From positions 5,150,456 through 5,214,455 of the forward strand of contig OY969416.1 in NCBI GenBank assembly GCA_963699145.1: a stretch of 64,000 nucleotides of DNA, in the 5' to 3' direction. A program made the position numbers and the translations under genes. Below, in pieces: positions 1 through 9,060 of this stretch. Position 1 is the first letter of the stretch. Each line of letters opens with the position of its first letter. The DNA is from an uncultured Verrucomicrobiae bacterium. Lineage in GTDB: Bacteria; Verrucomicrobiota; Verrucomicrobiia; Limisphaerales; DASXHY01. The notes beneath the pieces are model-generated. The model made no database searches, was not told where the DNA came from, and saw only the letters and a list, made by a program, of their open reading frames with translations.

Positions 1-1
1 G

Positions 2-487
2 CGAACCCTCGCGGCTAAAAAAATCGATGATTCCGACAAGCTCGCGCAAATCGAAAACACGAGTAAAAACAGCAAACTGACCGAATCCCAATTACAGGTG
101 GTCAACAAGCAACTCACCAACGAGGAGCGCGACATGCCCTCCGGCGATCTCTACCTGTCGCTGGTCAACACGATTCGCCAGTTCCGCACCAATTATAATA
201 TCCAAATCACCCAATTCACGCCCAACGGCGGTGACACCGCGGTGAATCTGTTGCCGTCATTCCCCTACCGCCAGGTGACCGTCTCCATCACCGGCACGGC
301 GCACTATCATGACCTGGGAAAATTTCTGTCCGATTTCGAAAACCAATTCCCTACGTCCCGCGTTCTGAACCTGGACCTGATGCCGGGCGTGGTCACCACA
401 CCCGAAACCAAGGAAACGTTGGCGTTTAGAATGGATATCGTCTCCCTGGTCGCCAGCGCCGGCGCCCGCACCTCCAGCAATCCATGA
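2..487 (+). CDS. pilO: type IV pilus assembly protein PilO-like, 5' end outside window
   Basis: The frame is open from base 2 with no stop before TGA at 485-487. The C-terminal TGTAHYHDLGKFLSDFENQFPTSRV resembles the PilO core. There is an ATGA overlap with the next gene, and PilP-like and secretin genes follow. Confidence 0.6.
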   Translation, partial: RTLAAKKIDDSDKLAQIENTSKNSKLTESQLQVVNKQLTNEERDMPSGDLYLSLVNTIRQFRTNYNIQITQFTPNGGDTAVNLLPSFPYRQVTVSITGTAHYHDLGKFLSDFENQFPTSRVLNLDLMPGVVTTPETKETLAFRMDIVSLVASAGARTSSNP

Positions 488-933
488 AAAAGTCATTTTA
501 TTTCTTCAGCACTGTCACCCTGCTGGCCCTCAGTGCCGCGCCGCTCGGCACGCAGGCGGAGCCGGCCAAAACTGCCCCGGCTTCCACCAATGCGATTCCC
601 CAATCGGTCTTCACCCTGCCGGCGAACCGAACCGAGGGAATCGATCCGTTCTTTCCGAAGTCCGACCGGCTATGGGCCAGGGCCGAAGCGGCGCCGGCAG
701 TTGTTAAGCCCAAAGCCACGGGCATGGATTGCCTCACTTTAAAGGGCTTGTCCGGCACGCCGTCCAGTCCGTTGGCAATGGTCAATGGCCGCACCATGGC
801 TCCCGGCGAGGACGCCGAGATCGTGACCGATTGTGGCCGCCTGCTCGTCCATTGCGTGGACATTACGACCAACTCCGCGATCATCGAGGTCTCGGGCGAA
901 CGGCGCGAATTGCGCCTGCGGTCGGATTTCTAA
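484..933 (+). CDS. PilP-like pilus assembly protein with signal peptide
   Basis: N-terminal signal peptide MKKSFYFFSTVTLLALSAAPLGTQA. The C-terminal segment LKGLSG..LAMVNGRTMAPGEDAEIV..IIEVSGERRELRL has a PilP/GspC-HR-like pattern. It sits between the pilO-like gene and pilQ. Confidence 0.45.
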   Translation: MKKSFYFFSTVTLLALSAAPLGTQAEPAKTAPASTNAIPQSVFTLPANRTEGIDPFFPKSDRLWARAEAAPAVVKPKATGMDCLTLKGLSGTPSSPLAMVNGRTMAPGEDAEIVTDCGRLLVHCVDITTNSAIIEVSGERRELRLRSDF

Positions 934-1113
934 TTTCTCGTTTCCCCGTAAAAAGCAAAAGGTGCTGGTTTGATGCGTCTTATAGCAGGACAAACACTGC
1001 CTGAAAACTCAAACGAGGACACTATCAGAGATTGCAATCAGAAGGTTGGCACCGCGTCTGCTCAAGGGTTATCGATGAAAATTGCCGGTTCAACTCAGAG
1101 AAATGTAAAACGA

Positions 1114-2859
1114 ATGAAAACTAGTGATCTGAAAACCATCTCGACCTGCGGCCTGGCGGCCTTGTTGATCGCCGTTGGACCTGCATGCTTCCGCGCCGGC
1201 GCGCAGCCTGTATACGCGCCGATTGATTTGTCCACCAACTCCACTACGGCCGCGCCGGCGACAACGGTGACACCTGACGCGACTGCCAATGTGGTGGTGA
1301 CAACCAACTCCGCCGCCGTTGACACCGCAACCATTCCAGCCGCCGCCGCGCCCGCCGCTGCCACGCCCGCCGCCGCCCCGGCCACAACCCCAACGCCCTC
1401 CCAGGCCGACACTGTCTCCGCCGCCACGACCATCGTGCCCGTCGAAGCCACCGGCACCAACGCCGAACCGGTGGTCGCCGCCGTCGTGATTCCGACCATT
1501 GTCATGGACGAAGTCCCATTAACGGACGCGATCAAGAATTTGGCGCGCCAGGCCGGGTTGAATTACATCCTCGACCCGAAAGTCACGTTCGGACCCGTCG
1601 GCCCCGATGGCAAAACGACTGTCCCGAATATTTCTATCCGTTGGGAAAATGTGACAGCCGAACAGGCGCTCACCACCCTGCTCACCACTTACAGCCTGCA
1701 ATTGATTGAAGATCCCAAGACCAAGATCGCGCGCATCACCGTCCGCGACCCCGCCGCTCCCGATCCGCTCTTGAACAAAATCATCCAGCTCAAATACTCC
1801 AGCCCGAGCAACATGCTCGTGGCCGCTTCCACCGCGCTCGTCGACAAACGCAGCAAGGTCATGGGCGACGTCCGCACCAGCCAATTGGTGATCCTCGCCA
1901 CGGAAAAAGAAATCGACGCCATCGACAAAATGGTCGCCAGCCTCGACACGCCGACCAAACAGGTGTTGATCGAAGCGCGCCTGCTCGAAACTTCAATCAA
2001 CCCGAGCACGGTCAAAGGTCTCGACTGGACCGGCACACTGCAAGCCCAGCACCTCGCGTTCGGCAACAACCTGCAGGTGAATTCCCCTTCCCTCTCGGCC
2101 AACAACACCTTGTCCCAGACCTTCCCCAAGGCATTGTTTGATACCGCCAAAGGTTTTAATCCCGCCACCGCGTTCCTGGATGCGGACGGCGTGAACGCCG
2201 TGTTCTCGTTCATCAACCAGAACTCCGAAGCCCGCGTCATCTCCGCTCCGCGCACCGTGACGTTGGACAACGAGCCCGCCGTACTCTCGGTCACCCGCGC
2301 CACGCCCATCATCAACGTGACGGCCGGCACCGCGAATACGACCGGCGGTTCGACCATCACTTACACCAACCTCGGCATCATCCTGCATGTCACGCCCCGC
2401 ATCTCCGCCAACAACTACGTCAACCTCACGGTTGAACCGGAAGTGTCCCGCGTGTTCGACACCGTCACCAAAGTCGTGAATGGCTCGACCTCGCAGGCGG
2501 ACGAATATGATGTGCGCCGCATGGAGACGAAAGTCATGGTCCCGAGCGGCAACACCCTCGTGCTCGGCGGCCTCGTCCAGGACGACACCCGCACCGCCAA
2601 CACCAAGGTCCCCGTCCTCGGCGACATTCCTTTCATCGGCAATGCCTTCCGCAGCGACAGCAAATCACGCCAGAAAAACAATCTGCTCGTGTTCATCACG
2701 CCCACGATTGTCACCGACGACGATTATCAACCGACCAAGAGCTCATTCCTCAAGACCCCGCTCCAGACCACGGAAGAGAAACCCTGGTCCGCGTGGGACA
2801 GTGGAAAACCGGTGGACTGGCATAGCGTTGTGCACGGCGGTTACGCCACGCAAGAATAA
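1114..2859 (+). CDS. pilQ: type IV pilus secretin PilQ (type II/III secretion system secretin family)
   Basis: Signal peptide from the ATG at 1114 (MKTSDLKTISTCGLAALLIAVGPACFRAGA). An Ala/Thr/Pro-rich linker follows, then a secretin-N-like DEVPLTDAIKNLARQAGLNYILDP. The C-terminal secretin signature is VPVLGDIPFIGNAFRSDSKSRQKNNLLVFITPTIV. Confidence 0.85.
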   Translation: MKTSDLKTISTCGLAALLIAVGPACFRAGAQPVYAPIDLSTNSTTAAPATTVTPDATANVVVTTNSAAVDTATIPAAAAPAAATPAAAPATTPTPSQADTVSAATTIVPVEATGTNAEPVVAAVVIPTIVMDEVPLTDAIKNLARQAGLNYILDPKVTFGPVGPDGKTTVPNISIRWENVTAEQALTTLLTTYSLQLIEDPKTKIARITVRDPAAPDPLLNKIIQLKYSSPSNMLVAASTALVDKRSKVMGDVRTSQLVILATEKEIDAIDKMVASLDTPTKQVLIEARLLETSINPSTVKGLDWTGTLQAQHLAFGNNLQVNSPSLSANNTLSQTFPKALFDTAKGFNPATAFLDADGVNAVFSFINQNSEARVISAPRTVTLDNEPAVLSVTRATPIINVTAGTANTTGGSTITYTNLGIILHVTPRISANNYVNLTVEPEVSRVFDTVTKVVNGSTSQADEYDVRRMETKVMVPSGNTLVLGGLVQDDTRTANTKVPVLGDIPFIGNAFRSDSKSRQKNNLLVFITPTIVTDDDYQPTKSSFLKTPLQTTEEKPWSAWDSGKPVDWHSVVHGGYATQE

Positions 2860-2882
2860 ACCGGAATTTGGGATTCTTTGAG

Positions 2883-3989
2883 ATGCCTATGAAAACTCTG
2901 AAACAAATCCTCCTGTCCAGCCTCTCCCTGAGGGGCATGGCGGTGGCCGCGCTGCTCCTCGGCGCGTCCGCTCAAACCAGCCGCGCCGGCTCGGCCGATC
3001 CTTCCACGGGAAGCTCCTTCACGTGGGACTTGATTTCCAGCGGCGCCGGCCAGCGCGGCATGGCGTTTATCACCTTTTCGAACGACGGCACGTTTCGCGG
3101 CTACCAGCTCCTGGCTGCCCTTCCCGCGAATACCAACCTCATCGTTGTGGGCCGCGGTGGCGGGAACGTCGGCCGCGATGGCAGCGGCGGCGGCTCCACC
3201 AACACCGTGGTGAAAAATGTCATCTTCGGATTCGGTCCCATTGATGGCACCTGGACCCGCAATTCCAGGGGCAAAATCCTCGGCTTCTTCAGCGAGGCGC
3301 TGAACGTCACTTCGATCGTCACGAATTATTTCGCGTCGACAAACTCGTACTTCCTTGTCAACAGCCAGGATGGTCTCGACACCACCAATGTGACGGTCGC
3401 CTTCACCAACGGTCAGGCCAGCCAGGCAGTCACGATCTCGTGGCCCGACCCGGCCCCCGGCTTCAACCAGGAATACACGCTGGCCAATACCAACTTCACC
3501 ACCCAGGTCGGCACGGCGGAGAACACCAATGCCGTCAGCTTCTCCGGCACCTCGGTGCTCGCCAAACGGCTGACGCTGTTGTGCACGACCACGTTCGGCA
3601 AGGTGACTTATAGCGGCGTGGCAGCACAGACCGGCGCCGACGTCTCCGGAGACTGGATCGGCAGCAAAAAGGAAAACGGGCTTTCGCAGAACGAGTTTTT
3701 CAGCCTCGCCTCGTTCTCGACCGGCAATCCCTTCCCCTCGGATTTCCCGGACATCGCTAATTTCCCGAACATGTACTTTACCACGAACGGTCTCGGCGCA
3801 GGTTACCAATTCAGCGGCGTCGCCATGGTATCGCATCAAAAGCAGATGGGCTTTATCTTCGTCAACAACGACGGCACCATGCGCACCATGATGGGCCCCC
3901 TCAAACCGACCAAGTTCGGCCCCACCGCGAAGACCAAGGGCATCGAAGAGCCCCTCAACCTGGTGAACTTCACTGCGACCTTGCAGTAA
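2883..3989 (+). CDS. secreted protein of unknown function, last gene of the pilus operon
   Basis: A long ORF with signal peptide MPMKTLKQILLSSLSLRGMAVAALLLGASAQT starts 24 nt after pilQ and is followed by a strong terminator. I recognise no family. Confidence 0.6.
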   Translation: MPMKTLKQILLSSLSLRGMAVAALLLGASAQTSRAGSADPSTGSSFTWDLISSGAGQRGMAFITFSNDGTFRGYQLLAALPANTNLIVVGRGGGNVGRDGSGGGSTNTVVKNVIFGFGPIDGTWTRNSRGKILGFFSEALNVTSIVTNYFASTNSYFLVNSQDGLDTTNVTVAFTNGQASQAVTISWPDPAPGFNQEYTLANTNFTTQVGTAENTNAVSFSGTSVLAKRLTLLCTTTFGKVTYSGVAAQTGADVSGDWIGSKKENGLSQNEFFSLASFSTGNPFPSDFPDIANFPNMYFTTNGLGAGYQFSGVAMVSHQKQMGFIFVNNDGTMRTMMGPLKPTKFGPTAKTKGIEEPLNLVNFTATLQ

Positions 3990-4007
3990 AAAAACTCTGA
4001 AACTTCA

Positions 4008-4037
4008 AGCCGCCCGACCTCGGGCGGCTTTTTTTTT
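4008..4037 (+). terminator. rho-independent terminator
   Basis: agccgcccg / acct / cgggcggct followed by a run of 8-9 T. Confidence 0.75.
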
Positions 4038-4115
4038 GCCCCCGGCGATTCCCAACAGATTTTCCAAAATGACGTAGATCTCCGAAACGACGTCTGGGGT
4101 TCGCCGGATTTATAT

Positions 4116-4308
4116 CGATTGCCAAAATAGATTTCCGAAAAGAACGGCTCAGTCGAGAACCCCGACATCTTGTGAAGCGTTCGAACCATCCACAGCCTCC
4201 GTCTCCCTCTCCGCCGCGCAGCGGGGGAGAGGGTCAGGGGAGAGGTGGGGCTTAGGGTTCAGGGGGCGAAGCTTCGGCCTTCTATCCGGAAATCTATTTT
4301 GGCAATCG
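4116..4308. mobile_element. MITE-like element with 22-bp perfect terminal inverted repeats
   Basis: cgattgccaaaatagatttccg (4116-4137) is the exact reverse complement of 4287-4308. The interior carries a ccctctcc...ggagaggg hairpin. A diverged second copy lies at 7156-7314. Confidence 0.6.
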
Positions 4309-4360
4309 CTATAGTGGAAGGTTGGAAGAAGTGATGCCCGTGGGTCAGGGGGCAAATATA

Positions 4361-4383
4361 TTGGATGTTGGATGTTGGATGTT
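4361..4383. repeat. GGATGTT word repeat
   Basis: ttggatgttggatgttggatgtt belongs to the same word family as the long hairpin at 56967-57052. Confidence 0.7.
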
Positions 4384-4426
4384 CTTCTGCCTTCGACTCG
4401 GAAATTCATTTTGACAACCACTCTAA

Positions 4427-4747
4427 TTATTCTTCCGAAACTCCGTCTGCAGCCTCCCCTACCCGCTTCAAATATTCGTAGGAAAAGAGCCCCGTGGAAT
4501 GCCCATCCGCCCAGACCGGCTGCACCGCGTAACCGCCCACATTCATGATGCGCACCAACCGAAACGCCTCGGTAGTGAGCGGCTTCGCCGGGTTCTTATA
4601 AAGGTTGCCCATGATGTCCACCTCGCCCTTGCATCCGGCGCACGGGCAATGCCGCCGCAGCGCCTCCAGGGGCACAAACGTCTCCGTCCCATCATCCCAT
4701 TTCACCGCCAGCTCCGCGCCGATCTGCTGAATATCCGTTGGTCGCAT
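4427..4747 (-). CDS. DUF971 (gamma-butyrobetaine hydroxylase-like N-terminal domain) protein
   Basis: 106 aa with LAVKWDDGTE..LRRHCPCAGCKGE...YAVQPVWADGHSTGLFSYEYL, a typical DUF971 pattern. Confidence 0.75.
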   Translation of the reverse strand: MRPTDIQQIGAELAVKWDDGTETFVPLEALRRHCPCAGCKGEVDIMGNLYKNPAKPLTTEAFRLVRIMNVGGYAVQPVWADGHSTGLFSYEYLKRVGEAADGVSEE

Positions 4748-4792
4748 AACGCATCCTACAATCCAAATAACCTAGGCACAATTGCGAGCATA

Positions 4793-4806
4793 TTAGACAA
4801 GTCTAA
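4793..4806. promoter_or_regulatory. candidate operator palindrome in divergent promoter region
   Basis: TTAGAC-AA-GTCTAA is a perfect 6-bp inverted repeat. It lies in the 107-bp spacer between the DUF971 gene and the OM-channel/mntH operon. A TTGACC -35-like hexamer follows at 4815-4820. Confidence 0.3.
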
Positions 4807-4854
4807 CTTTTATAGTTGACCTTAAACCTAATTTGTGGCAATTCTTCCATTGTA

Positions 4855-5721
4855 ATGGGTCAAACCGGATTCAGGTTGCTGGCGGTCGTCCTTCCGTTCT
4901 GCCTCGTGCCGGGGATCGTCAGCGCGGTGGAAAATGACGCCTCACCGGACAAGTGGGGCTACTCTCTTTTCAACCCCGTCCCACAGCCTTTGATGCGCGA
5001 ACTGGAACCCGACCGCCCGGATGCCACCGAGAATCCTCATACAGTCGATGCCGGGCATTTTCAACTCGAAATGGACTTTGCGAATTTCACTTACAACAAA
5101 ACCGACGGCAAAACGCTGGACGCCTGGAATATCGCTCCCTTCAATCTCAAGATGGGTTTGTTGAATAACGTGGATCTGCAGTTTGTGTATGACAATTACC
5201 TTCAGAGCCACACCCGGGACCGTTCCAACGGCGCGGCCAACCAATCCGGCTTCGGCGATTTTACCACACGCTTGAAAATCAACCTGTGGGGCAATGACGG
5301 CGGCAAAACTGCCTTCGCGCTGTTGCCTTACGTAAAATTTCCCACCAGCACCAGCCAACTCGGCAATGACGCCGTGGAAGGCGGGATCCTTTTTCCCTTA
5401 TCAGTGGAATTGCCCGCAAACTTTGAATTGGGAACGGAAGTCGGCGCCGGAATTTTTCAGAACCAAGTTGACCATGGGTATCATGCGGAATTCATCGGCT
5501 CCGTCACCATCGACCATGCGATTGTTGGCAATCTCAGCGGCTACCTGGAATTCTTCAGCAACATCAGCACGGAATCCCCTTCCCAATGGATTGGCACCGC
5601 GGACCTCGGCTTGGAATTTCTGCTGACGAAGAATGTGCAGTTGGATTGTGGTTGCAATATCGGGCTCACGTCCGCTGCCGATACCGCGCATGTGTTCTCA
5701 GGAATAACCGTCCGGTTTTAG
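4855..5721 (+). CDS. outer-membrane beta-barrel channel (MetA-pathway/transporter-type putative porin family)
   Basis: Signal peptide from the ATG at 4855. DRPDATENPHTVDAGHFQLEMDFANFTY and the C-terminal aromatic ...GITVRF are typical of this OM barrel family. mntH starts 11 nt downstream. Confidence 0.65.
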   Translation: MGQTGFRLLAVVLPFCLVPGIVSAVENDASPDKWGYSLFNPVPQPLMRELEPDRPDATENPHTVDAGHFQLEMDFANFTYNKTDGKTLDAWNIAPFNLKMGLLNNVDLQFVYDNYLQSHTRDRSNGAANQSGFGDFTTRLKINLWGNDGGKTAFALLPYVKFPTSTSQLGNDAVEGGILFPLSVELPANFELGTEVGAGIFQNQVDHGYHAEFIGSVTIDHAIVGNLSGYLEFFSNISTESPSQWIGTADLGLEFLLTKNVQLDCGCNIGLTSAADTAHVFSGITVRF

Positions 5722-5731
5722 CCGGCGCAAA

Positions 5732-7138
5732 ATGATTCCAGAAAATCCAAAAGACCAAATCCAGCCCCCCTCTGAAACGAGCCACCCCTCGTTGGAAGGC
5801 ATGCACGGCACCGTGGACGTCCCGCACAGCACTGCGGGATTTTGGAAACAATGGCGCGCGTTCGTGGGCCCCGCCATTCTCGTCAGCGTCGGTTACATGG
5901 ACCCCGGCAATTGGGGCACGGACCTGGCCGCCGGCGCGCAATTCAAATACGGCCTCCTCTGGGTCGTCGCGCTGGCCAGCCTCATGGCCATTTTCATGCA
6001 GGTCATCGCCGCGCGGTTGGGCGTCGTGGCCGGCAAAGATCTCGCCCAATGCTGTCGCGATTGGTATCCGCGCTGGACGCGCTGGCCGATGTGGCTGTTC
6101 TGCGAAATGGCCATCGGCGCCTGCGATCTCGCGGAAGTGCTCGGCAGCGCCGTCGCGCTCAACCTCATGTTCCACATTCCCCTGCTCTGGGCCGTCGTCA
6201 TCACCGGTTTCGATGTCCTCCTGCTGCTCACCCTGCAACGCTTCGGGATGCGCACCATCGAAGCCGTCGTGCTCGTGCTCGTCGCCACCATTTCCGCCTG
6301 TTACTTGATCGAAATTTTCGTGCTCCCGCAAACGCGCCCGGACCTGCTGGAAATGGGTCACGCTCTCATCACGCCCAGCCTCGCCAAACCCGGCATGATC
6401 TTTGTGGCCATCGGCATCATCGGCGCCACCGTCATGCCGCATAATCTTTACCTGCACTCGGCGCTGGTCCAGAGCCGGAAATTTCAGAAAGACGAAGCCT
6501 CCATTCGCGGCGCGATTCGTTTCAACAGCATCGATTCCGTCGCGGCGCTGACCGTCGCTTTCCTGGTGAACGCGGCCATCCTGGTGCTCGCGGCGCTCGT
6601 GTTCTACGGCAAATCCAGCGTGACCATCGCCGGGGGCGGCGTGGTGACCTTTGGCGCGGACACCGATTGGATTCGCATGGCTTACCTCACGCTCGCGCCG
6701 CTGCTCGGCACCGCGGCGGGCAGCGCCTTATTCGTCATCGCCCTGCTCGCCAGCGGCCAAAGCAGCACCATCACCGGCACACTCGCCGGCCAGGTGGTCA
6801 TGGAAGGCTTCATGCACTGGCGCATGCGTCCGTGGTTGCGCCGACTGATCACGCGCCTTTTAGCCATCATTCCCGCCATCCTCGTGATCGGCATCCGCGG
6901 CGACGGCAGCGTGAACGATCTGCTCACCTTGAGCCAGGTCGTGCTCGCGCTCCAACTGCCGTTCGCGATGTTTCCGCTGTTGCAATTCACCAGTTCCCGC
7001 AAAAGAATGGGCGCCTGGAAGCTCGGCTGGTTTTTGTTGCTTGCGGGTTGGGGCAGCGCGATAGTTATTACCGCCCTGGATGCGTACGGCCTGCCCGAAT
7101 CCCTCAAATCCGCCTGGCAGGTAATTTTCGGCCCATAA
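5732..7138 (+). CDS. mntH: Nramp-family divalent metal (Mn2+/Fe2+) transporter MntH
   Basis: GPAILVSVGYMDPGNWGTDLAAGAQFKYGLLWVV and ATVMPHNLYLHSALV are Nramp signatures. The protein has multiple TM helices. Confidence 0.9.
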   Translation: MIPENPKDQIQPPSETSHPSLEGMHGTVDVPHSTAGFWKQWRAFVGPAILVSVGYMDPGNWGTDLAAGAQFKYGLLWVVALASLMAIFMQVIAARLGVVAGKDLAQCCRDWYPRWTRWPMWLFCEMAIGACDLAEVLGSAVALNLMFHIPLLWAVVITGFDVLLLLTLQRFGMRTIEAVVLVLVATISACYLIEIFVLPQTRPDLLEMGHALITPSLAKPGMIFVAIGIIGATVMPHNLYLHSALVQSRKFQKDEASIRGAIRFNSIDSVAALTVAFLVNAAILVLAALVFYGKSSVTIAGGGVVTFGADTDWIRMAYLTLAPLLGTAAGSALFVIALLASGQSSTITGTLAGQVVMEGFMHWRMRPWLRRLITRLLAIIPAILVIGIRGDGSVNDLLTLSQVVLALQLPFAMFPLLQFTSSRKRMGAWKLGWFLLLAGWGSAIVITALDAYGLPESLKSAWQVIFGP

Positions 7139-7155
7139 AGCGTGTGAAGGAACAG

Positions 7156-7314
7156 TTCCAAGAAAACATCAAATTTTTGTGAAGCCACCTAAGAACCCAC
7201 AACGCTCCGTCACCCTCTCCGTCCCGAAGCGGGGGAGAGGGCTGGGGAGAGGTGGTGCTTCAGGGTTCAGGGGGCGAAGCTTCGGTCTTTTATCGGAGAA
7301 ATTTGTTTTTGGAA
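7156..7314. mobile_element. diverged second copy of the 4116-4308 MITE-like element
   Basis: About 105 nt (7207-7318) align with 4198-4310, including the ccctctcc..gggggagaggg hairpin and cagggttcagggggcgaagcttcgg. Degenerate termini are ttccaagaaaacatcaaattt and aaatttgtttttggaa. Confidence 0.5.
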
Positions 7315-7347
7315 ACGATTTAGCCATTCTGTTCGGGAAAGGCTGCC

Positions 7348-7764
7348 ATGTATAAAACCATTCTACTGACCTTGGACGGCACGCCCACCGACCGCGCGAT
7401 GATCGACCACGTCAAGCCGCTCGCCAAGCTGGGCTCGAGCCGGGTGGTTTTATTTCACGTGGCCGACGGCTGGGCCGCGCGCACGTACGGAAAAGACGCC
7501 GTCAGCCCCGAAATCAACGAAGACACCGCCTACCTGGAAAAAATCCGGGGCGAATTTTCCGCGGAAGGAATCAACGCCGATTTCGAACTGGCCTTTGGCG
7601 ATCCCGCGACTGAAATCGTGAAATGGGTCAAAAGCAACAGCTGCGATCTCGTCGCCATGAGCACCCACGGTCATCGATTCTTCGCCGACTTATTTTTCGG
7701 CACCACCGCCAGCCGCGTGCAGCACAACATCAGCGTCCCCGTGCTGTTGCTGCGAGCGAAATAG
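7348..7764 (+). CDS. universal stress protein (UspA family)
   Basis: 138 aa with MYKTILLTLDGT...VLFHV...LVAMSTHGHRFFADLFFGTTASRVQHNISVPVLLL. Confidence 0.85.
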   Translation: MYKTILLTLDGTPTDRAMIDHVKPLAKLGSSRVVLFHVADGWAARTYGKDAVSPEINEDTAYLEKIRGEFSAEGINADFELAFGDPATEIVKWVKSNSCDLVAMSTHGHRFFADLFFGTTASRVQHNISVPVLLLRAK

Positions 7765-7867
7765 TTCTCGCAGCGCCAAATCGCCCCCGGTTGGTAGGGC
7801 GCGTCGCTCCGCGCGCGCCGTCATTTCACTGCCACCAAACGGCGCGCGCGGAGCGACGCGCCCCCAC

Positions 7868-9025
7868 CTAAACCAGTTCGAGCACCTTCCCCAACTCCTC
7901 ATCCGTGTTGTAAAAATGCGGCGATAGCCGGATGTAATTCTGCGCTTTGCGATCCACGCGCAGCGACGTGACAATGTTCGCATCCCACAACTTCTGATGC
8001 ACGGGACCGAGATCCTTGCCGGGCGTATAAAATGAAACAATGCCGCTGGCGTTCTCCATCGGCGCATCCGCGTTCAGCACGGTGTAGCCCTTGCCCTGCA
8101 ACGCCGGCACGAGCAGCTTGCGTTTGCGCAGCAGTTCGCGCGCGATGTTTTCCACACCGATTTCCATCAGCAAATTCAACCCCGCCAGCAATCCAACAAT
8201 GCCCAGCAGGTTGAACGTGCCGGCCTCGTATTTGCGCGCGTCATTGCGGAACTCAATCAATTCCTGCGCCACAAAATTCGGGTTGTTCACGTTGTGCCAG
8301 CCGTAAATCGGCGGGTTCAACTTTTCCTGCACTTCCCGCCGAACATACATGATGCCCGCCCCGCACGGCCCCAGCATCCACTTGTGCGCATCCGCCGCCA
8401 GGAAATCGATATATTCCACCGTCGTCGGAAACGCGCCGACCGTCTGGATCGCGTCCACGCAAAACAAAATGCCGCGCTGCCGCAAATATTTTCCGATCTT
8501 CTCGATCTCGATGCGCCAGCCGCTGATGAAATGGCACGATGCCAGCGCCACCAGCCGCGTGTTTTCATCCACCTGCCCCATCACATCGATGGCCCGAATT
8601 GTGCCCAGCGCTTTGGTATTCATCAACCGCACCTGCACGCCCTGCTCCGCCAGCGCCGTCCACGGGTAAACGTTCGAAGGATAATCGTCGAAATAAACGA
8701 GGACGTTATCGCCGCGCCGGAACTTGAGTCCGCTCGCCACAAAGCTCAACGCGAGCGAGGTCGGCCCCACAAACGCCACTTCCTCCGGTTGGCAATTCAA
8801 CAGCCCGGAGATAATTTTGCGTCCGTCGGTAAGAATCTGCGGGTAAACAAAGCGCTCCTGGTCATTAGTCGTCGCGCGTTGCACGTATTCCGCGACTTCA
8901 TCGGCCACGCGCCTGGGCAACGGACAATCGCCCGCGTGCGCGAGAAAAATTTTCTTCTCCGCCACCGGAAACTCGCGGCGCCGCAGGCTCTCATCGGACA
9001 GAATTTCTTGTAAATTCATTCGCAC
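7868..9025 (-). CDS. class V aminotransferase-fold PLP-dependent enzyme (cysteine desulfurase/lyase-like)
   Basis: 385 aa with DFLAADAHKWMLGPCGAG (PLP-lysine motif) and a class V fold pattern. The substrate is not assignable. Confidence 0.8.
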   Translation of the reverse strand: MRMNLQEILSDESLRRREFPVAEKKIFLAHAGDCPLPRRVADEVAEYVQRATTNDQERFVYPQILTDGRKIISGLLNCQPEEVAFVGPTSLALSFVASGLKFRRGDNVLVYFDDYPSNVYPWTALAEQGVQVRLMNTKALGTIRAIDVMGQVDENTRLVALASCHFISGWRIEIEKIGKYLRQRGILFCVDAIQTVGAFPTTVEYIDFLAADAHKWMLGPCGAGIMYVRREVQEKLNPPIYGWHNVNNPNFVAQELIEFRNDARKYEAGTFNLLGIVGLLAGLNLLMEIGVENIARELLRKRKLLVPALQGKGYTVLNADAPMENASGIVSFYTPGKDLGPVHQKLWDANIVTSLRVDRKAQNYIRLSPHFYNTDEELGKVLELV

Positions 9026-9060
9026 AAAACTATTGGCTCGCGTCCCGAGTGCAAGCTTCG

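Noticed and set aside
5666-6457. 263-aa minus-strand ORF overlapping mntH. Similar long antisense ORFs include 16242-17843 (-), 18648-20051 (+), 25282-26310 (+), 29368-30792 (+), 40356-41441 (+), 41419-42531 (+), 42657-44831 (+), 47617-48480 (+) and 48637-49608 (+).
   Set aside because: Each lies fully inside a gene on the other strand that has clear family signatures. Their products are Arg/Gly/His-rich low-complexity sequences typical of shadow frames in GC-rich DNA.
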